Below, piece after piece: positions 23,217 through 31,409 of a stretch of 41,180 nucleotides of DNA (positions are counted from its first letter, which is position 1; every line of letters begins with the position of its first letter). The stretch comes from Verrucomicrobiales bacterium. GTDB taxonomy: Bacteria; Verrucomicrobiota; Verrucomicrobiia; Verrucomicrobiales; DEV007. The position numbers and the translations under genes were made by a program. The notes beneath the pieces were generated by a model, which saw only the letters and a program-made list of their open reading frames with translations, did not search any database and was not told the origin of the DNA. The DNA lies in the NCBI GenBank assembly GCA_013911195.1, contig JACETS010000001.1:1-41180 (forward strand). Reading direction: 5' to 3'.

Positions 23217-24764
23217 ATGAAAATTCATAGAGCACTTATATCGGTATCTGATAAAACAGGGTTAATACCTTTTGCTAAGAGATTAAATGATTTAGGTGTA
23301 GAGATATTATCAACAGGTGGTACAGCTAAGGCAATTTCAGATGAAGGGATTCCTGTAATTGAAATTTCTGATTATACAAATGCGCCAGAAATGTTTGATG
23401 GTCGCCTAAAAACAATTCACCCTAAAGTTCACGGAGGATTATTATTTAGACGTGACCATCCCGAAGATCCTGAACAGGCTGAAAAAAATGATATTCCACC
23501 AATCGACCTATTGATTGTAAACCTTTATCCTTTTGAAAAAACAATCGCTAAAGAAGGTGTAGAATTAGAAGAGGCAATCGAAAATATTGATATTGGAGGT
23601 CCAGCAATGTTGAGAGCTGCATCGAAGAATTATAAATCTGTAACAGTGATAACAGATATCAATGATTATGATGTTGTAGCAGATGAAATGGAAGAAACGG
23701 GTGGTGAAACAAGTCTCAAAACAAGAGAAAGATTAGCGATTAAGGTTTTTTTAAGAACAGGTTCATATGATCAAACCATTGGTAATTTTCTAAATAAATC
23801 GCAAGAAACTGATAGCGGATATTCAGTTTCATTACCATTGGCCTCAGAATTAAGGTATGGCGAAAATCCTCACCAAGGAGCATCATTATATGGTAATTTT
23901 GGAGATTATTTCAAAAGACTTCAAGGAAAGGACCTTTCTTATACTAATGTACTTGATATTGCTGCCGCTGCCCAATTAGTTTCCGAATTCTTAAGGCCTA
24001 CCGTTGCGATTCTAAAGCACACTAATCCATGTGGCGTGGGATGTGCGGAAGAAGGTGAGGGATTAAGAGAAGCATGGGAGAAGGCTTTTGAAACTGATAA
24101 GCAGGCACCCTTTGGTGGGGTAATAGTTTGTAATCGTCCTTTGGATGAAGCCTTAGCTAGGGTTATAGCAGAAATATTTACAGACATAATTATTGCTCCT
24201 GATTTTGACAGTGAGGCTAGGGCCATTTTACAAAAGAAGAAAAGCCTAAGGCTTATAAAAGTAGCCGATGAGTTTTTTACTAATGCTATAAATGATCCTG
24301 TTATGCGATCTGCTCCGGGAGGGCTTTTGGTTATGGATGCTGATCCTAAGGTGCTTGGTTTAGATGGTATAGAGGAAAAAGTTAAAACTAAAAGACCTCC
24401 AAGTGTTGATGAAATTGAAGCTATGAAATTTGGGTGGAGGGTTTGTAAGCACGTCAAATCTAACGCTATTGTATTTAGTTCTAAAGATAGAACGCTTGGA
24501 ATTGGAGCAGGTCAAATGTCTCGAGTTGATTCATGTCGAATTGCAATATGGAAAGCAGGTGAAGCAGGATTATCTTTAGAGGGTAGTTCAGTTGCAAGTG
24601 ATGCTATGTTTCCGTTTGCAGACGGTTTGATCTCCGCCGTTGAGGCTGGTGCAAGTTCATGCATACAGCCTGGTGGTTCGATACGTGATGATGAGGTTAT
24701 TGCTGCTGCAGATGATCGAGACGTGTCAATGGTCTTTACAGGACATAGACATTTCCTACATTGA
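23217..24764 (+). CDS. purH: bifunctional AICAR transformylase / IMP cyclohydrolase PurH
   Basis: 515-aa ORF with ALISVSDKTGL, STGGTAK, GRLKTIHPKVHGG, ILKHTNPCGVG and GGSIRDDEVI. Confidence 0.95.
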   Translation: MKIHRALISVSDKTGLIPFAKRLNDLGVEILSTGGTAKAISDEGIPVIEISDYTNAPEMFDGRLKTIHPKVHGGLLFRRDHPEDPEQAEKNDIPPIDLLIVNLYPFEKTIAKEGVELEEAIENIDIGGPAMLRAASKNYKSVTVITDINDYDVVADEMEETGGETSLKTRERLAIKVFLRTGSYDQTIGNFLNKSQETDSGYSVSLPLASELRYGENPHQGASLYGNFGDYFKRLQGKDLSYTNVLDIAAAAQLVSEFLRPTVAILKHTNPCGVGCAEEGEGLREAWEKAFETDKQAPFGGVIVCNRPLDEALARVIAEIFTDIIIAPDFDSEARAILQKKKSLRLIKVADEFFTNAINDPVMRSAPGGLLVMDADPKVLGLDGIEEKVKTKRPPSVDEIEAMKFGWRVCKHVKSNAIVFSSKDRTLGIGAGQMSRVDSCRIAIWKAGEAGLSLEGSSVASDAMFPFADGLISAVEAGASSCIQPGGSIRDDEVIAAADDRDVSMVFTGHRHFLH

Positions 24765-24790
24765 TAAATTTTTTAAAAATTTGATCAGAA

Positions 24791-25546
24791 ATGGGTTCCT
24801 TAAAGCTAGGTGTTAACCTCGATCACATTGCTACTCTTAGGCAGGCTAGATATATTGATAACACTTTTAATTCTGAACCAGATTTAATAGCCTCAGTGAA
24901 AAATGCTGTTAAAGGTGGTGCTGACAGCATAACTCTTCATTTAAGAGAGGACAGAAGACATATTCAGGATAGAGATGTTTTTGAAGTTAAGGAAAATTTT
25001 GATACCCCGCTTAACCTTGAAATGGCAAATGTACCTGAAATGGTTAATAACGCTCTGAAAGTTAATCCTGAATTTGTTTGTCTAGTTCCTGAAAAGAGAG
25101 AGGAGTTAACAACTGAAGGAGGGCTAAATGTAAAACAAAGTTTTGATTCATTGAAGAAAACAACAGAGACGCTTCGCCAAAATCATATCATTGTTAGTTT
25201 ATTTATCGATCCTGATTTAAATCAAATAGATTCTGCTGCATTATGTGGTGCGAATGCTATTGAATTACATACTGGAAAGTTCGCTAATTCTTCCCTTGAA
25301 AGCGATCGTCAACACGAATTAGAAAGGTTGATTTCCGCTTCGAAACACGCAATGGAACTTGGTTTGAAAGTTAACGCTGGGCACGGAATTAATTCAACAA
25401 ATGTTCCATCTATTTTAACAATACCAAATTTGTCAGAATTAAATGTAGGACATCATTTAATATCTAATTCAATTTTCATCGGAATCGAAAAGTCAGTTAG
25501 TGATTTTAAAAATATTATATCTAGTTATAATATTTTAGAATTCTAA
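24791..25546 (+). CDS. pdxJ: pyridoxine 5'-phosphate synthase PdxJ
   Basis: 251-aa ORF with LGVNLDHIATLRQAR, ITLHLREDRRHI, NLEMA, IELHTG and VNAGHGIN. Confidence 0.9.
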   Translation: MGSLKLGVNLDHIATLRQARYIDNTFNSEPDLIASVKNAVKGGADSITLHLREDRRHIQDRDVFEVKENFDTPLNLEMANVPEMVNNALKVNPEFVCLVPEKREELTTEGGLNVKQSFDSLKKTTETLRQNHIIVSLFIDPDLNQIDSAALCGANAIELHTGKFANSSLESDRQHELERLISASKHAMELGLKVNAGHGINSTNVPSILTIPNLSELNVGHHLISNSIFIGIEKSVSDFKNIISSYNILEF

Positions 25547-27472
25547 TTTTTCTGGCTGGCTTTCGATGGGTGCCTCATTGTTAACTTCTTCAATGTCAGC
25601 AGGCAAAATGATGTTTAGTAAGCGGTTCATTCCATTTTTAGCATAGTTGCTTTTTGGATATATGCTTTTTGCTTTTAGGTACCACGTCAAACTCATGCCA
25701 TTATGTTTATCGTTTTCGAGTTTTTCAGCTCTTTTGATTACGCGAACGAATGGGGATACAGTTTCTCCTAACTCAACTGAGAGTTTTAGTAATTCATTGT
25801 CATCACTAAACTTTTCTTGTGCTTTTCTTGCAATTTCCCAAGCTCCCCAAGGATTATTGTTATCAGTTAATCCCCTAATTATTGCTATTTCTTGTTCAAG
25901 CAATAATACATCATTAAGTATATTCTCTAATTGCTCAGTTCTCTTGCTATCATTTTGCACAGCAGCAATAAATCTGCCTCTATTTTTCATAATTTCTCTT
26001 TTATTACCCTGTGCAAGCAGAGTGTCTAATTCATTAAGGGTAGTGACTTGAACATCAGCTATTGATGCGAAAAGATCATTTTGCTCTTTGATTTGTGGAT
26101 TCAATGGCCATGACTCGATAGCCATTTGCATTTGTTTTTTATATTCATCGGTATTGCCTTTTTGAGCTGCAATTTTGGCCTGAGCAATACTCGTATTACT
26201 CATGTTAGTATAAAATTCGATGCCAGCTTTAGCCTTTGAGTAATTGAAATCAAGTGCTTGAATTCTCATTCTTTCAATAATTTCATTAGCTGTTTTGTAG
26301 TCTCTAACATCCATAGCGCTTAGTAAAGAATCAGCATCCCTTACAAAGCTTTGAACTTTCAACTTTTTTTCTCTGTCTAGAGTTCTAATTCTTGGAAGAT
26401 ATTCACCGATAAAAAAGGCTTCAGCTAAACGTTTAGAAGCAGTTTCGAGTTCATTCTTGTCGGCAAGAAATTCAAATGCTACAACAGCTTCGTCAACTTC
26501 TCTTACCACTTCACTAGCAAACATATCTAATGACGTTACGGTTGGAGTTAGACCTAGTCCCTTAGCCAACATTTTGTCTGCATCAGAATCCTTTTTTATT
26601 TCAATAACACCATCACCATCTCTAAACAATCTTCTATATATTCTTGTAGCAATGAGTACATGTTCCCATCTCCTTTGGACCGCAAATTGGAGAATTAGGG
26701 CTTGGTACTCTATCTTAGCCTGAACTTCAGATATTCCAATTTTGGTTTTGTTTGCTATTCTTAATGCCTCTATTTCAGCCAATCTTTGAATATAACCAGC
26801 CACTCTACCTGTATTGGAGATAGCTTTACCTTGATTTTGTTGCTTGTTTGAACTTTCACCTTTGGCGTTCCTTCGTCGAGCTTCATCAATTAGACTTTCT
26901 GACGTGGCGACTTCTACGTTCCAATTTAAGAGTTTTCTTTCTTTATTTAGTGCGGCGTTCTGTTCGGCAAGAGCAATAGCATTTTTTTGACCATAGTATA
27001 CACCCAATATTGCTTGGGATAATGAGTCACAAAGGTTTGAATCAATGCGATAATTAGAAGCCCTTGGCAGAAGAGATACAGCATCTTGAAGATGATTGTT
27101 GCCTCTTTTATGGGGAGATAATGTATCCAATATTTTCCTTAAAACATCACGATATTCTTTGTCATCTTCAGAATTGTCCGCTGGGGTATTTAAATATTTC
27201 TCAAAACGTGCTCGCATCAATCTATTGTTATTAATATTCCAATTCTGACCATCCCATGAGAACACCTCAGTTCCAGGATTGAATATGGGAATATCAGTTC
27301 CGAGAAAAGGTTTGTCAGATCTCTTAGGTTCTTGATTTATAATAGTTGTTGAGTTGTTTTTTGAGTCTTGATTATTACTCGACGGATTTTCAGTTAAAAC
27401 TTGTGAATTAGACACAAGTGCCAATGTAATTTTGATTACAGTAAAAATGACAATGAGCTTATAGAATTTCAT
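25535..27472 (-). CDS. hypothetical secreted, predominantly alpha-helical protein (TPR-like C-terminal segments)
   Basis: 645-aa ORF with a signal-like N-terminus (LIVIFTVIKITLALVSNS). No motif I recognise. It starts 8 nt after the preceding gene, and its 3' end overlaps the pdxJ 3' end by 12 nt. Confidence 0.5.
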   Translation of the reverse strand: MKFYKLIVIFTVIKITLALVSNSQVLTENPSSNNQDSKNNSTTIINQEPKRSDKPFLGTDIPIFNPGTEVFSWDGQNWNINNNRLMRARFEKYLNTPADNSEDDKEYRDVLRKILDTLSPHKRGNNHLQDAVSLLPRASNYRIDSNLCDSLSQAILGVYYGQKNAIALAEQNAALNKERKLLNWNVEVATSESLIDEARRRNAKGESSNKQQNQGKAISNTGRVAGYIQRLAEIEALRIANKTKIGISEVQAKIEYQALILQFAVQRRWEHVLIATRIYRRLFRDGDGVIEIKKDSDADKMLAKGLGLTPTVTSLDMFASEVVREVDEAVVAFEFLADKNELETASKRLAEAFFIGEYLPRIRTLDREKKLKVQSFVRDADSLLSAMDVRDYKTANEIIERMRIQALDFNYSKAKAGIEFYTNMSNTSIAQAKIAAQKGNTDEYKKQMQMAIESWPLNPQIKEQNDLFASIADVQVTTLNELDTLLAQGNKREIMKNRGRFIAAVQNDSKRTEQLENILNDVLLLEQEIAIIRGLTDNNNPWGAWEIARKAQEKFSDDNELLKLSVELGETVSPFVRVIKRAEKLENDKHNGMSLTWYLKAKSIYPKSNYAKNGMNRLLNIILPADIEEVNNEAPIESQPEKLEF

Positions 27473-27480
27473 CTTTTTCG

Positions 27481-27879
27481 TTATCTGCGAATTATTTCCT
27501 TTGCCGTTAATACCTCAGCTACTCCAACTTCAATTTTAAAAGTGAATCTATCACCAATTGCAATGTTAACATCTTTGAATGATGGAGGGATTAACACTGG
27601 AATTAGCTGATTGATATTTTCTACTCTCAATGAAACGACTTCACCTCTTTGTGCTGTCCATCTAAGTTTTTCGTTAATTGTACCTGTGACAATCCCTTCA
27701 TTTCCAAGTAATGTTGAGCCTTCTTTTATATAATCATTAACATTAAACTCGTTAACAGATCGTAACGAATTTTTTTGAGATTTTAATAAGAAAATAACGG
27801 TTACAGAAATTATTATCATGATTATAGCAGTTAGTACCATAATCATCGGATTTATTCCTTTTTGTGCTCTCCGAGGCAT
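27481..27879 (-). CDS. hypothetical single-pass membrane protein with a periplasmic all-beta (OB-like) domain
   Basis: 132-aa ORF with a basic N-terminus, one TM helix (MIMVLTAIIMIIISVTVIFLL) and a ~90-aa beta-rich domain. It has CcmE-like topology but no H/CxxxY motif. Confidence 0.5.
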   Translation of the reverse strand: MPRRAQKGINPMIMVLTAIIMIIISVTVIFLLKSQKNSLRSVNEFNVNDYIKEGSTLLGNEGIVTGTINEKLRWTAQRGEVVSLRVENINQLIPVLIPPSFKDVNIAIGDRFTFKIEVGVAEVLTAKEIIRR

Positions 27880-27950
27880 TAATCAAATATATAATAAGTC
27901 TTTGTCATGTGATTACAAATTTCTTGGGAAGATATCTTCTAGTTGCAGGC

Positions 27951-29651
27951 TTACCATTGAGGTCTTTTTGATCCGCTGTATGCGAAAAATATACCAATAA
28001 TGATATGTATAACTAGCCAAGCAAAACATATATTGATTGATTGAAGAGATGTTTCTTGTGTGACAGCATCAATTGACTGGCCAAAGTATTCACCCTTCAT
28101 TGAATCTAATGAACCAGACCATGCCCAATAAGCAGAAATCAAAGGCTGTGTTATGGGGCTAATCCAGTCTGGCAATGCCAATATAGCACCAGATAAAGGA
28201 AGCTGAAAACCTACAAGGTAAATTGACAATAAAGAGCTCTGTTCAGGATTGCGCATCATTGCAGATATACCAAGACAAATTGAGGTCATAGAAGCATTAA
28301 CAAGTAATAATATTATTAACCTTGTTATGATGTTTCCGGGTAATGAAGGAATGCATATTTGAACAAAAATTCCCATCCATATTGATTGTAAAAAAACTAA
28401 AGTTGATAAGAAACCAATTTTGCTAAATATATAACTCGATATGTGCAAGCCAGAGAATTTTTCTTTCTCTAATATTTCTCTTTCGCCAGCAATTTCTCTA
28501 GATGAGTTATTTGATGCCATCAATGTTAAAAGAATAACTTGGAACATAACCAAGCCAGAAATTAATGATCCAATTTTAACGTGACTTTGGGATACTGATA
28601 CTTGGTAGTTTAATTGATCGATTATATTTTCATTGGTTTGATTGGGCATTGATTTAGGTTGATCAATTCCATCAAATCCAAACAATGCCACAAGGATTGG
28701 GAATAAAAACAACATTCCAAGATGTAATATTATTTGAGTTTTATCCCTTAAAAAGATTTTCCAACGTCGTACACTTAAAGCAAAAAATTGCTCCATCGCA
28801 TTTGCAGGCGTTAGGTTGTCTGATTTGTTTTTATTAGGCTCAGAACCAATAGATTGTGGCAGCAGATCTTCTTCGTATTTTGTTCTATGTTTAATCCATG
28901 AATTATGCCATTCCAAATTGCTTCGATTTGTAAGCATTGGATAAATTTCTTCAGCTGAATTTACGCTAAAATAGTGATTCAAGTTTGATGGTGGACCATG
29001 GTAAACTGTATATCCATCATACAAAACAACTACACTGTCGTATAAATCTAGATTGTTGAGGCTATGTGTAACATTAATTATCAGACGGTTGGATGAATTC
29101 GAGAGCGAATGCATCAGAGAAACAATTTCATTTTCTGATTTAGGATCTAAGCCACTTGTAACTTCATCGCAGAGTAGCAATTTTGGATTTGTTACCAATT
29201 CTAGAGCAAGGCTTAATCTTCTTTTTTGTCCCCCTGAAAGAACATTAACCCGTCTGTCTGTTAATTCACCTAATCCTGTCTGCTCAATAATCGTATCATA
29301 AATTTCACTGAGGTGTTTTTTACTGTCTGTCTTAACTCTAAGTTTAATAGATGTTTTGATACTCTCTGATACAGTCAATTCATCAAACGCAACACTAAAT
29401 TGAGGTACATATCCTAATTCAATGGGACTGAAGTCTTCTTCTGACAAATCTCGATTATCCCAGGTTATTTGCCCTTTATTTTGTTCATTGATACCAGCGA
29501 TTATCTTTAGTAATGTAGTTTTTCCACATCCTGATGGACCCACTACAGCGACGAATGATCCTTTATTAATTTTTAAATTTGTATCTTTAATTAAATTTAT
29601 TTCTTCCCCGTCTTTCTTAATGGTGAAATTAATATTTTTAAGATTGAGCAC
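27951..29651 (-). CDS. fused ABC transporter ATP-binding/permease protein (NBD followed by ABC-2-type TMD, ABCG-like order)
   Basis: Walker A GPSGCGKTT (nt 29514-29540), Q-loop YVPQ, signature LSGGQKRR, Walker B LLLCDEVTSGLD, H-loop VTHS. The C-terminal half has ~6 TM helices. GTG start. Confidence 0.82.
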   Translation of the reverse strand: MLNLKNINFTIKKDGEEINLIKDTNLKINKGSFVAVVGPSGCGKTTLLKIIAGINEQNKGQITWDNRDLSEEDFSPIELGYVPQFSVAFDELTVSESIKTSIKLRVKTDSKKHLSEIYDTIIEQTGLGELTDRRVNVLSGGQKRRLSLALELVTNPKLLLCDEVTSGLDPKSENEIVSLMHSLSNSSNRLIINVTHSLNNLDLYDSVVVLYDGYTVYHGPPSNLNHYFSVNSAEEIYPMLTNRSNLEWHNSWIKHRTKYEEDLLPQSIGSEPNKNKSDNLTPANAMEQFFALSVRRWKIFLRDKTQIILHLGMLFLFPILVALFGFDGIDQPKSMPNQTNENIIDQLNYQVSVSQSHVKIGSLISGLVMFQVILLTLMASNNSSREIAGEREILEKEKFSGLHISSYIFSKIGFLSTLVFLQSIWMGIFVQICIPSLPGNIITRLIILLLVNASMTSICLGISAMMRNPEQSSLLSIYLVGFQLPLSGAILALPDWISPITQPLISAYWAWSGSLDSMKGEYFGQSIDAVTQETSLQSINICFAWLVIHIIIGIFFAYSGSKRPQW

Positions 29652-29731
29652 GGTGATTATTTTATCTAACTAATTTGATTGAATCTATTAATTTGATAAA
29701 TGGGGATAGTTATAAATAATTAATTATAATA

Positions 29732-31405
29732 TTGAGAGTGATAAAAAATAACAAAAAGAAAATAAAACTGCTCAAAGTTTCTCTCTTTACAATTTTATGC
29801 ACTTTTATCTTCGGTGTATTATTTCTTTTTGTCATATTCATTATTACCAGTTCTTATCTTAAAGGAGGTAAATTCAAAAGATTGATAGAGAGTAAAATTA
29901 GTCAAAATCTCAATATTGATGGAGAGTTTGATGAATTTAATTGGTCAGGAGTTTCATTAAATAGCAATACATTTTCTGCTAAAGGTTACTCTGATAATCC
30001 TTTATCTAAATTAAGGGTTAATGGGATTAGGGCGAACATCAATCTAGGAGCAATAAAAAATAAAACTTGGGAAGTTTCTTCAGTTGATATTAATCAAATC
30101 AATTTCCTTATCGATGAATCTGAGAAGAAATTTCCAAATATATATAAGAATAATGTTAATGGGTTTAACCAAAATGAATCTAATTGGTTAAAAAAATTAT
30201 TCTTTCCTGATAAATTAATTGTTAAGTCCTTTCGCGTAAATAATATCAATTTTGATTTCAATAATTATCCTCTGAATATTTTAGGAAGAGGTATTTCATT
30301 AAACGCCGAGGAATCCTTTATATCAAATTCCTATAAAATTGAAGCCTTCAATGGTGGTATATGGATTGGTGAATTTCCAAAGCTTCTTTTAAAAGAGGGT
30401 CATTTTAGAAATATCGGTAATAAAATCATTATGGATAGTTTTGATTTTAATTTATTTGATGAATCAAAGGCCAGGGTCTTTGGAGAAATAATTGTTTCCA
30501 AATCCCCATCTTTAGATATGGAGTGTAAATTATCTGATTTGCCAGCTGATAAGATTCTTCCAGAAGACTGGATTAAAAAATTAAAAGGTTTAATAAATAT
30601 AGATATTAACATCAATGGATCTATTGACGATCCGGTAATTCAGGGGGCTGCACAATTAACCAATGGTAGCCTTGAAGCGTTACCAATATTGGATCGTATT
30701 GATGAGTTTCTTGGTACAAGTAAATTTAGAAGACTAGCCTTAAATGAATTTAATATAAAATATTCAGTAGGTAAATCTCGTAGTGTAAATATTGATCAAT
30801 TCTATTCACTGTCACGAGGAACTGTTTGTTTTACAGGAAATCTCTCATATAAAGATAAAAAAATTGAGGCAGGTAAATATATGATTGGTATAACTCCCGA
30901 AACGTTAAACTGGTTAACGTTATCAAAGAAGGAAATACTCAATAATGTTTTTTCGTTTAATAAAAAAGATGCATTTAATAAGGTCTTTAATGAATCGATT
31001 CAAAATGATGAATTAAAAATTCCACCTGACGGATTCAAATGGGCCGTATGCCAGATTAATGCTGATAGTCCTGATCCATTTACTAATGATATAAGGAATC
31101 AAATTATCAATTCAGGTGGATTAGCCTTATGGGCTGAACTTTATGGATTAAGCAAAGTTGGATTTGAAGCTCTTGATTTAATTGTTGAGACCTCAAAAGA
31201 AAAGGGGATAGATATTAACGCTCTCTTATTAAGTGAGAGTTATTCTTTAGATAGTGAATCTTTAAAAAATATTGCTATCAAGCTGGAGATCACTGATCAA
31301 ATGAATGTTATCTTAGATCAATTGACAGATGATGTATTAGGGCTGCCTAATAAAATTATTAAAGAGGGCGGTAGTTTGTTAGAAAAATTCTTTTTAGGAA
31401 ATTAG
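29732..31405 (+). CDS. AsmA-like / TamB-like envelope protein (N-terminal anchor, long beta-rich periplasmic region)
   Basis: 557-aa ORF with TTG (29732) or GTG (29738) start and the TM helix LFTILCTFIFGVLFLFVIFIITS. Repetitive beta-strand-like segments follow (LNIDGEFDEFNWSG, FRVNNINFDFNN, INIDININGSIDDPVIQGAAQLTNGSLE), as in AsmA-family C-termini. Family call from pattern only. Confidence 0.4.
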   Translation: MRVIKNNKKKIKLLKVSLFTILCTFIFGVLFLFVIFIITSSYLKGGKFKRLIESKISQNLNIDGEFDEFNWSGVSLNSNTFSAKGYSDNPLSKLRVNGIRANINLGAIKNKTWEVSSVDINQINFLIDESEKKFPNIYKNNVNGFNQNESNWLKKLFFPDKLIVKSFRVNNINFDFNNYPLNILGRGISLNAEESFISNSYKIEAFNGGIWIGEFPKLLLKEGHFRNIGNKIIMDSFDFNLFDESKARVFGEIIVSKSPSLDMECKLSDLPADKILPEDWIKKLKGLINIDININGSIDDPVIQGAAQLTNGSLEALPILDRIDEFLGTSKFRRLALNEFNIKYSVGKSRSVNIDQFYSLSRGTVCFTGNLSYKDKKIEAGKYMIGITPETLNWLTLSKKEILNNVFSFNKKDAFNKVFNESIQNDELKIPPDGFKWAVCQINADSPDPFTNDIRNQIINSGGLALWAELYGLSKVGFEALDLIVETSKEKGIDINALLLSESYSLDSESLKNIAIKLEITDQMNVILDQLTDDVLGLPNKIIKEGGSLLEKFFLGN

Positions 31406-31409
31406 AATT

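Noticed and set aside
27481-27879. Calling the 132-aa protein a bona fide CcmE haem chaperone.
   Set aside because: The resemblance is limited to topology and the C-terminal strand. The defining HxxxY (or CxxxY) haem-binding motif is absent because the ORF ends before it, and no ccmC or ccmF is nearby. It is kept only as a structural analogy.
27928-27939. A 12-bp perfect palindrome GAAGATATCTTC in the spacer between the ABC gene and the 132-aa gene, considered as an operator.
   Set aside because: It is a single occurrence inside an apparent operon, with no partner half-sites or nearby regulator gene. It cannot be distinguished from chance.
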